A DNA stretch of 64,000 bases from the human T2T-CHM13v2.0 reference genome, Homo sapiens, in NCBI RefSeq assembly GCF_009914755.1, contig NC_060947.1; one strand, 5' to 3'. The notes beneath the pieces are model-generated. The model did not search any database and was not told where the DNA came from. It was given only the letters and a program-made list of their open reading frames with translations. Positions 1-13,719 of this stretch are shown in pieces. Both the position numbers and the translations under genes were made by a program. Each line of letters starts with the position of its first letter. Within the stretch, counting starts at the first letter, position 1.

Positions 1-150
1 AAAACTACCTATTGGGTACTATGCTCACAATCTGGGTAACAGGTCATGAGCCCCACACCTTAGCATCATGCAATGTTCCCATGTAACAAACCTGTACATG
101 TACCTCCTGTATCTAAAATAGAAGTTGAAATTAAAAAAAAAAAAAAGAAA
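1..150 (+). mobile_element. L1 3' end with poly(A) (L1PA15/16-like)
   Basis: actacctattgggtactatgctcac...aacaaacctgtacatgtac...tatctaaaatagaagttgaaatt followed by an A-tail. Confidence 0.85.
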
Positions 151-1499
151 ATATGAAAGTGTACTATTTGGTATGGGTAAGTAATGTTTTGTGAAACTTT
201 TCTTTCAATCATACAAGCATGAATAGACAGAAAAAGATTTACAGATATAGATGCGTGTGTGCGTGTGTGTGTGTACCAGGATGACATATAAAATTAATTT
301 TTATAGTGGATTGGCAAAAAAGATGAAAGCTACAGGCTTTACTACATAAAGAAATGGACAAACTATACATGCCCACTGGACAATCATGCATCATTATAAT
401 TTCTCTAGACTAGGATTTGGAAAGAAGTTGACGGAAGACAGTTTGCAGTCTTATTCCCTGGTAAGGGCTGGAACATTACAAGAGACTGGAGGAGGATTAA
501 AAGATTCAGGAGGGGGAGCAAGTTGGGGAGGCGTTCATCAAGTCTGAAGTTCTAACCACATGAGATGCTGCAGGGGCTGAGAATCTGCTCCAAGTTTTAG
601 GGGGTGTCTTCTCTGCCAGCTGTTCGTTTGGGTGGCTGTTTGGGAGTATACCAGGAATCACTCAGCCTTTTTGTTTTCTTCCAAATGGCATGGTGATATT
701 GTCACATTGCAGGAGGAAAAACATTGCTGCTAAAAGTATTGTTAAGGGGAGTAACAGGTAGCTCACACTACTATACACAACTGCACGTTGCCTGTCTGAA
801 CAAAACACTTCAAAACATAAACTGAGAAATGCCCTTCTGCTTCCATCTTGCAGTGAGACCTAATTCAAAGTCCTTGCTAGTGTGCTCAGGTCCACGCCAA
901 CAAATTGGCAAGTGTGTGCCTGACAGAATGGTCACATTTTAGGGCTGGATGGTCCCCATTCTATTTAATGCTTATAAATTCATCCTATTAAGTGCTTGGG
1001 GAAATTAATCTGAATAAGTGTCCATGAAGACTGATAATTATCATGATTTTTAAAAGTATTCTCATATAATTGTAGGAACATTTTAGACAGTCTGCAGCCA
1101 TGGGGGTATTAAGCATATTATGAGTAAAAATAACAGCTTTAAGAATAAAATTCCTTTCAAAAGAGTGACCAGCTTTGAAAGTTACCAGAAGGAAACCCAC
1201 AATCTTTCTTTTTTCAGTATTTAATCACAGCAGCTTTCATTAAATTCCCAGTACTAATAAGTGGTTAACTATGTTTGTAATCAGTATTTCTTATATTTTT
1301 AAAAGCACTAGATTATGGATGCTGTATGTCTACCATTGGCTGTGAAGCCACAAACAGTTTAGCCTAGCAATGATTACTCACAAAGCATGAATTTTAACAG
1401 CACACTCCATTTTACCTACATCTAAATTCAGAAGAGAATTTAGTCCACAGAGGAACCTTCCTGTAACTTTTCTTGAATATTTTGTGATATCTTGCAACA

Positions 1500-2166
1500 T
1501 GGCCAAAAGTTCTAGCCCTCTCCTTGGTGTCCAGCTCTTGCAGTGTGCCTTTGTATCTCTTCCCACCAACAGGTGGAGTCTTTCCCCACTCCTTACATCT
1601 GGGATGGCCCTATGACATGACTTGCTTCGGCTAATGGACACTACCAAACATGACACAAGCAGAAACCTGAGAAGTTTCCATGTGAACTAGCCTGAACTAG
1701 CATGTTGGATGATGAGATACACACAAACCTAGTTGCATCTGTTCCTAGATGACAGCCTGTCAACCATCAGACATATGAGTCAGGTCACGATAGCTTATCC
1801 AGCTGCCAGCTGACTACAGATGCATAAGCATGCCTGGCAAACAGTAGTACAACTGGTCACACCACATAAATGGCCCAATCCACCCATCAAATAGTGAGCT
1901 AAGTAAATGGCTGGCCATTGTGTTATAGAGTTTATGAACTATTGTTCAAATTTGGTCTATGGCCTGCTTCTGTACAGCCTCTCAGCTAAGTATGACTACA
2001 TTTTTAGAGTTGTAAAAAGAAAAAGAATGTGCAACAAAGATGCAAAGTGCTCCACAAAGCCTATAGTGTTTACTATGTTGTCCTTTACAGAAAATGTTTG
2101 CTGACCTCAGTGTTAAGCCAGTAAGTTTTGGGGTTGGTCTGTTATACAGCAAAAGTAGCTGTTACA
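1500..2166 (+). mobile_element. MLT1-family MaLR LTR (MLT1G/H-like), split by MER58
   Basis: aggtggagtctttccccactcc...gacttgcttcggctaatgg; terminal aagccagtaagttttggggttggtctgttatacagcaaaagtagctgttaca. Confidence 0.75.
1926..2110. mobile_element. MER58 (MER58C-like) hAT-Charlie MITE nested in MLT1
   Basis: agctaagtatgactacattttta...cacaaagcctatagtgtttactatg...cctttacagaaaatgtttgctgacct. Confidence 0.75.
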
Positions 2167-2399
2167 CATCTGCTCCCAAGAAAGAACGTTAGAAACTAGG
2201 CCTTTCTCACAAATTCAGTTAGCACCTAGTCAATTTATCCTTGGTGCATGTCCTCCAGTTGCTTGTTAATAAGATAATGCTGAAATGAACAGAAAGAACA
2301 AATACACATATAACCTGGGAAGTTATTTTAGTAATATGCTTCTCAAAAGTAAGATTTTATAAGGGGTATTTAGAAAAACAAGTATACAATTTTTAGCAG

Positions 2400-2745
2400 T
2401 CTTATTCATAATATCCTCAAGCTGGAAACAAAATCATTATGCTGAATATAAGAGACCAGATACATACAAAAATACTGTATGATTCTATTTATAGAAAATT
2501 CTTGAAAATGCAAAGTAATACACAGTGAGAGAAAGACGATCAGTGGTTGCCTAGAATCAGGGGTGAAAGGAAAAATGACCTGCAAAGGGGCACAAGGAGG
2601 CTTTTGGGGGAGTAAGAACGTTCTGTCATTTGACTGCAGTGGTGGTTTCACAAGTACACATCTGCCAAAAATCGCTGAACCACTTTAAATGGAGGCAGTT
2701 TACTGTGTGTAAATTTTTATTTAATAAAGTTTATTTTAAAATTTT
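2400..2745 (+). mobile_element. old L1M (L1ME-like) 3' UTR
   Basis: atactgtatgattctatttata...gatcagtggttgcctag...ctgcaaaggggcacaaggagg...aataaagtt. Confidence 0.75.
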
Positions 2746-2894
2746 TTTAAAAAAGCGTTTGCCCTAAAATCAAATTTAACATTCAAAAATGCATACAACT
2801 GCACAAAGAATGAGGTGCATCACACAGGATGTTTACATAAATATAGGACAGATTCAGGTCATGCTGTCAGTTCCCTTCTGATTAATTCCGAAAA

Positions 2895-3150
2895 TATCAA
2901 AACATTAGATTCACAAGTGACCTTAAAGGTTAATGAATTATATCCTCTCATCCAATACAGAAATTGCCTTTAGGGGTGAGACAGTCATTTCAGTCTTGAA
3001 AATCTACTGTACAGGGAGTTTAATGCTTTTCAAAGTGGCGGATTTTATTTTTTGGAGAGCTCGATTACAAAAGTTTCTTTAATATTTAGTTAAAATATGC
3101 TTTCCCATAACTTCCACATATCTAGCTCAATCCATTCTCAGAATAAAACA
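2895..3150 (-). mobile_element. L3/CR1 3' end fragment
   Basis: Degenerate match to reverse L3 tail (gaccttaaagg...gagagctcgattacaaaagtttctttaatatttagttaaaatatgctttcccataacttccac). Confidence 0.6.
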
Positions 3151-3329
3151 GGAAAAAAATAACAAAAGAGAGTTCACAGTAGTAATGAATGGGCAAAACT
3201 GGCCAAATGAGGTCTTCAGGCAGAGGGCTGAGTTGAGCTTAAGAGATGACTGAAGAAGAAACAGCCATGTGCAAAGGCAGGGCCAACGACAGAGACTCTA
3301 TTTTGTGTTGATCTAGATCTATTAATTGA

Positions 3330-3740
3330 CATTCTTTAGATGTCATTATTTAATCAGCTTCAAATTCAGCCTATTAGCCAGCCCCACTGTTCTTTATCTT
3401 GTACCCAATATTCTCAAAAGAGAACTTGAAAAATGTGGTGTAAAATCCTAAGTTATGCTGTCTCTAACAGTCTTCTCATCTAACCATCAAGCAGCCATAA
3501 AAAAAATGAAAATGAGGTGCATGTGACATGGCAGATTTTGAGAGTATCACGCTGATTCCCAGCAGCATGTTATCCTATGTAATCATTAATAATCAGTACG
3601 ATGTCATTTTCCAGGATTTTGTTGCTCATCAACATCAAACTTATTGGTTTGTAAATTTTAAAATTCATCTCTTTACTTTTTAAACGTTAAAAAAATGTTT
3701 TCTAATCTCCTTATATGACATCACCAATCCCTTCCCATGT
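3330..3740 (-). mobile_element. L3/CR1 ORF2 (RT) fragment
   Basis: Degenerate match to reverse L3 RT region (aaaatcctaagttatgctgtct...aaaaaaatgaaaatgagg...gacatggc). Confidence 0.55.
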
Positions 3741-6030
3741 TTTCTCTGAGTTTTCCACTGGCAACTCTTTTCATGGGAGGAGGAGTGACTTTTAGTGGAT
3801 ACTGGATAAGAAGAATGCACTCCTGTTGAGTAGAATGAGATCCCATGGCAGCACTTCTAACAAATTAGACCTAGTCTCTGAACAAAAACAATATGAGTTA
3901 AGATCGTCCCTAAGATTATCTAGAAAAGAATCCCGTTCCCATAAAGCTGAGTAACATTTTGGTCAGATTTGTGTCATTTTAAAAGCCAAAATATTTACCT
4001 AAAAAGCAAGTGATTTGAATGTCTCAGACTAAGTTATTTTTTACTGATCTATGGCCCTCAAATGAGTTGATGACCTTCAGTAGAGAAATGGTTCTTTATT
4101 TCTGATTTGTGAGAGTCATGCGACAGCAGTGGATGGGTTAAGAAGGTTAGAGGAAATTTGTTACATTGCTTTTTAGCTGTTGTTTTTTAGTTTGGTGAAC
4201 AAACGAGATAACATAGCTAGTGCCTTTTAGTCATAAAGCAAAAATAAAACTACAGTGTTTTCTAATATTGTACCCTAAACCTATGCAAATCTCCAATTTA
4301 CATCACCCACAAGCCTTCTATATTTTTGCAGATTTTAACTAGAGCTAAATAATAGGCATATATTTATACTTAATTGTAATCAAATGTAATGACGTGTGCA
4401 AAACAGGCTTTGCTCAAAGTGCTCTTTATAGATGAAATATGATTATTGAACTTGACAGTAGATCATTCATTGGAGGGAAAAGTGATTAATCACTTCTCTG
4501 TGCCTCTACCTTCCTACCCTTTGATGACACCGGTTATATTTCAAGATTCTCAATGCTATAAATGAACACTTTACTGAAGAAGCATCTTTATCCAATGCAA
4601 AATGAAATGTGTTGCCTAAGACTAATAAAGTCATTTACAAGTTTCAATGAGGAGCAAATATAAATAGTAAAAAAAAAAAAATCCATTATTTAACAGCAGT
4701 AAATCCAGTATGTTTTGGTAAAACAGTTTTCAGAGAAGCTCTACTTACGTTAGCTTTTCCTAAACCTTGCTGCAAAGTGTCAGTTCTTTCTAATATACAA
4801 TCAAAGGAATTTTGTGTTGGGAAGAACATTTCTCATCTTTGTAAAGGACATTTAGAGGAGAGATAGGGAAAAACAAAGATCATGCATGAGGATTATGTGT
4901 GAGGGTATGGATTGACTGGATTTCAATCATTATTTTAAAAGGCTTATCTAAAATAAGGTGTTCTTTGAACCAAGTGGAGTCTGATTTCCAATTTTAGAAT
5001 GTTTCCACATTTAACACTGACATTCATTATCCTGAAAATGAAGGCAGATACACATAATATCTATATGTATTTTAAATAAAATTGGTTCAATAATTTTTCT
5101 CAAATTTCATAACTTTTTCTATGAATCAATGTGTCAACTCATTTTTTCAACTTTTCAAACTGAAAGAAATTCCATTGATCTTTAATAATAATGAATTTAA
5201 TCAAATATTAGGCAAAATTCTTTAGTGAAAGAACTCAGAGAATTTGATTAGGTGCCTAAAATGTCATTTTTAACATAAAAATTAACAAAAGCACAAAAAT
5301 ATTTCCATTTTATCTTAAAAATTAACATGCTATGTTATAATACAAAAAAAGCCCTCCCCTACCCCAGAATCCTGCATAAGAATGTGAATGGTTATGTTTG
5401 TTTGCGCAGATGGGGTTTATATTTATGTGTTTCTTTTCCATCTAGCAAATTTAAATCTAGGATACAAATGTAGTCATTATCGTGTCTGAATTGGTGAAGA
5501 AAGCCCAAAATATGGCCAAATCTACTTGCCCCCTACCTTAAATTATGAGTTTTTAAAAATATATTTTCAGGTTAGAATATTTCTCTTTTTTCTGAGTTTA
5601 GCTCTCTGAAGCAAGTGCTATCAATTCATGAAAATATTAATTATAAAAGTTTTATACTGACGATTTGGTCCTCATAACTGCCCCTGCTTGGTCTATATTT
5701 CACCTTCATCATGATTTATTTTCTAATATGAGATTAATGTTAAGGACCATAAACGTTATGTTGAGAATCATAAAACATGTGTGCTAAATTTTGGGAACAG
5801 CTCACGTATACAGAGAAAGAAGAAAATAAAAAGATCTAGCAGATAAAGAAAATACTGTTTTTGGTCCCATTTAGAAATGTTATTAACGGCAATGCTGTAA
5901 CACCTTCCTTTCCAACACAATGGCAAGCCATGGGATGAACAAGCTCAAGACATGTGTGGTAGCATACCAATTAAGCAAACAGTTGACTCATGGATGCATT
6001 ACTAGCAATACTTCTGCTCCAACCCAGATA

Positions 6031-6396
6031 CAGATGCTCTTCAACTTACAATGAGGTTATGTACCAATAAACTCATCATAAGTTGAAAATATTCTAAGTC
6101 AAAAATGCATTTAACATACCTAATCTACTCAACATCATAGCTCAGCCTAGCCTACCTTAAACTTACTCAGAACACTTACGTTAGCCTACAGTTGGGCAAA
6201 ATCATCTAACACAAAGCCTATTTTATACTAAAGCATTGAATAGCTCATGTAATTTATTGAATACTGTACTGAAAGTGAAAAACAGAGGGGTTGTGTGGAT
6301 ACCTGAAGTATGGTTTCTACTGAATGTGTATCACTTTTGCAGCATTATCAAGTAAAAAAATCCTAAATCCAACCATTGTAAGTCAGGGATCATCTA
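6031..6396. mobile_element. MER47A-like TcMar-Tigger MITE
   Basis: TA-cagatgctcttcaacttacaatg ... cattgtaagtcagggatcatcta terminal inverted repeats; internal catcatagctcagcctagcctacctt. Confidence 0.88.
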
Positions 6397-6677
6397 TGTT
6401 TGATTGACAGGCCCCAGCAAGCATCCGCAAATGAGGAAAGAATAGAGAGAGGAGAAAGAAAGTACTAGATGAAGACAAAGAATCCTTGGTGATAGGATCT
6501 TCAGACAGAGAGGCTCTAGGGACTTGAAACCTGGAAGTTCAGCATAGGCATTTAGTATATGTTGAGCCTTAGGGAACTCATTTATCAATTTGATATCACT
6601 CCTTTGTATCACTGCCATGGTGAATGATCAGAAAGGAAACACAAACTCCTTCTTTAAGAACTGCAATAACGAACTGT

Positions 6678-6743
6678 TTCTTCTTCTTCTTCTTCTTCTT
6701 CTTCTTCTTCTTCTTCTTCTTCTTCTTCTTCTTCTTCTTCTTC
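6678..6743 (-). repeat. pure (TTC)22, i.e. (GAA)22 on the DMD sense strand
   Basis: 66 nt uninterrupted, counted directly; occupies the tail of the adjacent Alu monomer. Confidence 0.98.
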
Positions 6744-6873
6744 TTTTTTTTGGCAGAGGTGGGGTGTCTCGCTACCTTGACTAGGCAGGTCTTGAACTGC
6801 TGGCCTCAAGCAATGCTCCCACCTCAGCCTCCCAAAGTGTTCGGATAACCGGCATTAGCCACCTCCTCTGGCC
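6744..6873 (-). mobile_element. Alu monomer (FLAM_C-like)
   Basis: Single reverse left-arm Alu; TSD GAACTGTTTCTT on both sides (6671 and 6876). Confidence 0.88.
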
Positions 6874-6961
6874 AAGAACTGTTTCTTTTGATTAAATTTT
6901 GTTCTTCCTACTCCAACTTTCCTTAAAGATAATGCTTCCTTAAAGATAAATCTAATGGCTT

Positions 6962-6963
<2 letters not shown>

Positions 6964-7007
<44 letters not shown>

Positions 7008-7019
7008 ACACCCACACAC
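6964..7019. repeat. (CA)n microsatellite
   Basis: Direct reading; (UG)n in the DMD pre-mRNA. Confidence 0.97.
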
Positions 7020-8696
7020 GCAAAGTATGTATTCTTTTTTATCACTCTCCTCCTGTCCCTCTTACACCTTGCTTTGGAACTGACTGGTGCCTTGCATCTC
7101 CAGTCATTTATCACACATCGTGTAGACCGAGATTTTCGATATTAAAACATTCAGTCTGCCAATGTACGTAGGAAGCACCCTCAATGTCTTTAAAATGCTA
7201 TTCTGAAACATTTAAAGAGGGCCATCTGCAATAAGAATGATCATTAGATGATGATAAACAGTACTGGGTCACAGATGGAGAAAGTAATAGTATTTGAGAG
7301 CCATTTTCATGTTAATGTTATAGATTACATATTAAAGAAATGTGCCAGTAATGAAGCAAACAACAAAGAGGGCCATTGGAGAAGAACAGTTATGCTATTG
7401 AAAGCAATGATATAATAAGCAGAATGGCCCCAAGCCATCTGTTTTTAAAGCTTACCATATTTAGGCTGTTAGGACCATTCCACTGTCCATGGAGGTGCCA
7501 TTCTGAGATAACAGGGAAGTGGGCAAAACTAATACAAATTAAACCATTGTCAGTAATTTTTATCATAAATTGATTTTTCCCTCTACAAACATATCTAATG
7601 CTCCCAAATCTGACTATTTAAAAAAATGTTTCTTAGTCCTTAATGTATGCATATCACAACTCTGAAGACACTAGAAGTATAGACTATAGGGTTCACAGTC
7701 TTAAAATGAGGATTTTAGATATTGATTTTCATTAACGCTCTCCTCTAAAATAGTTTCAGTCTTTTGTGCTTCCAAAATTAGAACTTTATCCTTAGGTTTT
7801 GCAATTTGGATCTTGTAAGGAGATAAAGAGGGAAGAAAAAAAGTTTGTGATTCAGGGGTGTAATAAACTCCAGCTGGCATATCATGAGCCTAGTTATGTC
7901 AAAATAAATAAATGATCAAAAATCTTATTAAAAAACAAAAACATACTGGAACTTTGGAAAATAAATTTAGGTAAAACAAGTGAAATGAAAATAGGAAGAA
8001 TATTAATATTCAGAAGCTGATTGATTATGTATTAGCCAGATCAAAGCCTCTGGGTGATAATGAGCCACTGAACAGGGATTACCACCTGTCCTGTTCAACT
8101 AGCAGCTGGACTTACCAAGAACAGCTGGACAAGAACACTTATATAAAATTAGCCTTTAGAAGCATAAGCTAAGTTTTTTCACCTGCTTCTCAGATCGGCA
8201 TCTTTATCACTCATGCCAGAAGTAAAAAGCTTTTCATATTTTGATGCTGTTTTTGCCTTCAGGAAAGCACAGCTTTGAACACCAATATTCCCAGCCGCTT
8301 GCTACCAAGTAATGGAGGTTGTCTTCTAGACCTAATAAGCTAAGATGTCAGATGCACTTGGTTTTTCCTGTCACTGGCTCATCTTGTGCTCTTATGTTTA
8401 AGCCACTACAAATTCTTTCAAAAGAAAGTAGAAATATAAATTATAAAGAAAGATTTTAATGTCATTTATTCCTATATTCTTACTCACGAATCTTCATTTT
8501 ATTGAAACCTATTTAAAATGACAATATATATGCACACTTGGGAAGTTTATCAGATAATTTTGATATAAGACGATAGGTTAAAAATAAGGCATATGACAAT
8601 CTTTATTTGGTGCTCTGAATTGTATTAAAGTCACCAGTCTGTTTTAAGAGTTATCATGGAACAAGTGAATGAGTAAATATAATAGTCTACTTCCTT

Positions 8697-8854
8697 CCTT
8701 CTCAAAGTGTGGTTGGTCCACAGATTAGCAGCATTAGCATCACCTGTTAGAAATGCAGAACATCATGTCTCATTTTAGACCCACTGGCTCATAATCTGGA
8801 TTTTAACAAGATTCCCAGACAATTTGTATGCACATTAAAATTTGAGAAGCAATG
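8697..8854. mobile_element. MER5A1-like hAT-Charlie MITE
   Basis: cttctcaaagtgtgg...ttagaaatgcagaa...ttttaacaagattccc...gcacattaaaatttgagaagc. Confidence 0.85.
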
Positions 8855-8895
8855 TTCCTGTGAGCTTAATCAGATCCTCTCTTTCTTTCTACACG

Positions 8896-9208
8896 TTTTT
8901 TCTTTCTTTTTTTTGAGACAGAGTCTCACTCTGTTACCGAGGCTTACCAAAGCTGGAGTGCAGCGGCGTGATCTCAGCTCACTGCAACCTCCGCCTCCCA
9001 TGTTCAAGTGATTCTCATAACTCAGCCTGGGATTACAGCTGGGATTACAGGCATGTGCCGCCATGCCCGGCTAAGTTTTGTATTTTTAGTAGAGACAGGT
9101 TTCGCCATGTTGGCCAGGCTGGTCTAAACCTCCTGGGATTAAGCGATCTGCCCTCCTCGGCCTCCCAAAGCCTGTTGGGATTACAGGCTTAAGCCACCAT
9201 GCCTGTCC
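8896..9208 (-). mobile_element. Alu (J/old S) with small internal duplications
   Basis: Reverse dimeric Alu, T-rich tail first. Confidence 0.95.
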
Positions 9209-11139
9209 CTGTTTCTCCACTTTGTATTGGAATGCTTTTATTTGAATATGATGTTTTAGTACAAACCACAGCCTAGGAGGCCTGGGTTTTAAAGTAACTA
9301 ATATTGATGGCTACTATGCCTGCTATGTATAAGTGTAACGTACACAGGTTGAACATAAAGAGGAGGTTTCACATAAGAATATTATAGGAGGTATCGTGAC
9401 CTTAGAACATCTGTACATCTGTATAATGGAACCTATTTCTTTCATTAGACCCCAATCTGAAAATTTCTCTGTCTGCCAAAAGAAACAGAGAATCCTTCTA
9501 CTCCCACAACGCAAGAGAGGAAAAGAAAAACACATTCTAAGTGGCAAGTAACTGGCAGCAGGCACTTTGTATAAATACCAAAAGTAGCACGCGTTAGCAC
9601 ATTGATGACGACTCCTTATTTCAAACCTGCACTTGGAACAACTGCAGATAGAGACTAATAATTCTTGTCAATGTGTATTAAAAGCTCTGACAGGAGAAAA
9701 CAACTTGTGCAGCTCAAGATTGAAAGAAAGCACAATGAGGAGATTCAATTAAAACTGGATGATGGGAGAAGAAAGCATAATCTATAGGAGGACAGGTATA
9801 AATCCTCTTTTTCTGATTTGTCCAGTCTCTACTAAAAGAGATTGAAAGCTGATATCAGAATCCTTTGCCATGCTAGTTATAGGCATTTATTTATTTAGGT
9901 ATTTATTTACATTTTTTAATTATATGCTTTTATGTATAATCATGCTTCAATTACGTGTACAGCAAATGGTAAATATTTCTCATTTATATAACATGAGGTC
10001 AGTCATTCCTAATGAATCTTTTCTGGTGCCTTAAAACCTCCCAATTAAAGACTCCTTCAAATACTCCAGTCAAAGACACCAATTAAGGATTCCTCTTAAT
10101 AGATAAATATCCAAACCAGGCTGTCCTCAAAATGATAACCAGTGTCAAGATTCCAGTGTTCAAAAAAGACAGATCAGTAAGCAGTCTCCCAAGCCAATTG
10201 ACTGTGTGCCAATTCCACCCTTGGTTGAAGGGAGAGAAAATGATTGCTTCAGAGCAGAAGCAACGGTGGAAGCAGAAGAAACAGACAAAAAAAAAGTGGG
10301 GGCGGGAGAGGAGAGAGGGTTAAGATGCAATGGGACAGTAAGATGTTGTGGAGTAGTGTGAACCCGGAAATCAATTGGGAAATAGAACATCAAAAGAACA
10401 CGCCAGTATTTTTGGGTTTTTGTTTGCTCCTCTCTAAAGAAAAAATTCTGTCTACCTTAGACAAGCACTTCACCAGTTAAGTCTGTGGGAAGCATCTACT
10501 TAGGGCAGGTAGGCCAATTGGTATCTTCAATCTTTTTCAAAGGCTTAAATTTAGGCACATCCAGGAGTAAGAAAGTCCTTCCCTTCACTACGTGCAAGAT
10601 AAAGCTGGTCAATCGTTGAGCCCCAGCTGACTAAATTTTATGTCAGGTAAAGGAAGCAATGTGGGTATGTTCCCGACAATTTATCAGATAACCAAGTACA
10701 ATCCCATTAAGATAACGGCTATAGTCCTTGAATTGAAGACTTATAGGGCCATGTAGAGGTGGCTTTTGTCTAAAAAGGACAAAGGAACTGAATAATGTGG
10801 TCAGTTCTCTGCCACAGAGACATGAAGACGAACCAAGAGATTTTATGTGTGTTTGCTCATTTTGTCAGAAACAACAGGTGACTTAATTACATAGACTTCA
10901 GTTCAAAATGCTAAGAATAACTGACAACTGACAACTTTGGAGGACAGATTCCTACCAAAGTAATCACATTAGTGCTGCTCTCAGTCATTCAATTAGTTTA
11001 TGATTTTCAATAAATGAATAATCATATAATAGAATAATCCAAAATCTTATTTTTAGGTTTTTTGTATATATAACTAGTATTAACCCTCTCTGTCAACATT
11101 TTTGCTTTCCTTAAAGAAATATAAGAACATAAAATTTTA

Positions 11140-11446
11140 GTCTAGGTGTGGCGGCTCACATCTGTAATCCTGGCACGTTGGGAGGTCGAGGCGGGTGGAT
11201 CATCTAAGGCCAGGAGTTTGAGACCAACCTGGCCAACATGGTGAAACTCTATCTCTATAAAAATACAAAAATTAGCTGGGCATGATGGCGGGTGCCTGTA
11301 ATCCCAGCCACTCGAGAGGCTGAGGCGGGAGAATCACTTGAACCCAGCAGGTGGAGGTTGCAGTCCACTGCACTCCAGCCTGGGTGACAGAGCAAAAAAA
11401 AAAAAAATAAAAAATAAAATAAAATCCATCTCAAAAAAAAAAAAAT
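11140..11446 (+). mobile_element. Alu (AluS-like) with aberrant 3' end
   Basis: Dimeric Alu with A-rich linker and A-tail. Confidence 0.95.
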
Positions 11447-12003
11447 CAAAATTTAACACTCTGATATACCATTATAATTATTTATTGTAATTGACAACGC
11501 AAATACAATTTTGCTTATTTGGTTGTTCTGTTCGTTGTAAATGGAGTACAAATTCTAATTTTTGTTAGCTCTAAATCAAATTTTAAAAGTAAACAGAATG
11601 TTTAAAGTTATGTTTTATTTGCTTAACATAACACTTAAAACAAGATGAACAGCAAAATATAAGACCAGGCCTGAATCCACTGAGCTGTCTCCTCTATGAA
11701 CTTCATAAGGCATCTTACATAGAGTAAGCAGACAGACTTCCAGACTTACAGTTAGAAAATGCTGGTTTGAACCTGGGCTCTAACACTGTGATACTGGGGG
11801 AAAAAAAATCACATAATGTATTGAAATAATAAGTATTGTTGACTATAAAATGGAAATCTATCCTACATATTTTACGATATTCTTTTAAAATTAAATGAAG
11901 TAATATATGCAACTTTATGTAAGTAGGTACTTTATAAACTAGAAAATTAAATAACTGCTAATTTATTTTTTAGTTTAGTAAAGTCTACAAAAACATCACT
12001 TAA

Positions 12004-12423
<420 letters not shown>

Positions 12424-13311
12424 TAAGTAGGTAATGCATTTGGTGATGGTAGTATTAATAGTAATGAGCTAATACCTCATCCTGAAAATAGCTCAAAGAT
12501 TACCTTAAGTACATATTGACTCCCTAAATATGTGAATAACAAATATAATTGTCACATAAATACAATTATGCAATCATGTCAACTAAATACAATTTGCAAA
12601 TATTTTGATTGTTTAAGGTTGTATTTTCAGTGTACTATTTAACAGTTATACATATCTTATTAGTCTACAAGACTTTAGACTACAAGGACAGTAGTCTTCA
12701 TGGTCCCTACCTGCCTAGTATGGCAGCTATGATTATTTGCTGAATGAATAAAAATAATACTCTAAAAAGTGTGTTCATATGAATAATTTTTCATTCATGA
12801 TGCCTCTATCCTAAGCATCTTATATATAGGATCTTAATCCACAGCAATCTGAATTCCCTGCAAAAATTAAAAGAAGTCTGATATTCCTTCACTCTATATA
12901 ACCTTGAAAAGAAACAAGGCAAAAGCAAACAAACAAACAAACAAAAAATCCAGTAACTTGAAATGAGACTACCAGGTTTGCTTTAGGCAAGGTAGGCTAT
13001 GAACTAAGCAATTTTAAAGCTTGGAGTGAGGACAATTTAAGTCAAATCAGTTTTTTGGAATGTCCACAAGACACTAAGTATATCATGAAAATAACATTTA
13101 AGGAAAAATAAGTACACAAACATGAGAGTAAATGAAAATATTCTAGTTATTTGCAGACTTGGATGTCTTAAAATCTAAACTTTTTTAATATGGTAAATTA
13201 AATGACAAATTCATATTTAAGTGTAAATTAAATAAATGTCAACTATAAATGAATTATATTATTTGAAAATGGAATTATATCTGTGCTATTACGCTTTTCA
13301 TTAGTTGAAAG

Positions 13312-13652
13312 TACAAGTTGCAAACTAGCAGACTTTGGGCTAAATTTGGCATGCACAAATGTTTTGATTAGTCCACACAGTTTTTTTTTTTTTAATCTGA
13401 ATTACTCAACATTTAAATATTCAGAGATATTTTACAGAATAATCCAACCTTCTGACTTCTCATTTAAAAGGAATGATTTGTCCATGCTGGGCTCCTATTC
13501 TTGCATGACAATAACTTTCCGGAGCCACCATTCTATAACGGCACATGTATTCTATAGTCCCTACCAGCTCCCATTAACTTACGCTTCGCTAGCCTTGCCC
13601 AGTTACAGTAGCAGGCTAGCCCCTCTGTTGGCATTTCAGTTTGCAACCTCTG
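13312..13652. mobile_element. MER102-like hAT-Charlie element
   Basis: gttgcaaactag ... agtttgcaacctctg terminal inverted repeats; internal ctgggctcctattcttgcatgacaa. Confidence 0.75.
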
Positions 13653-13719
13653 GTTTAGACCAGCAAAGGCTGACCATAGCAATCTTAGAGTATCTTAGTG
13701 TGCTTTAAGTCAACTGACA

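Noticed and set aside
6590-6848. Poly-Leu and poly-Phe ORFs
   Set aside because: Translation of the (TTC)22 repeat, on the strand antisense to DMD
13283-13708. 141-aa plus-strand ORF
   Set aside because: Lies over the non-autonomous MER102-like element; no transposase similarity seen
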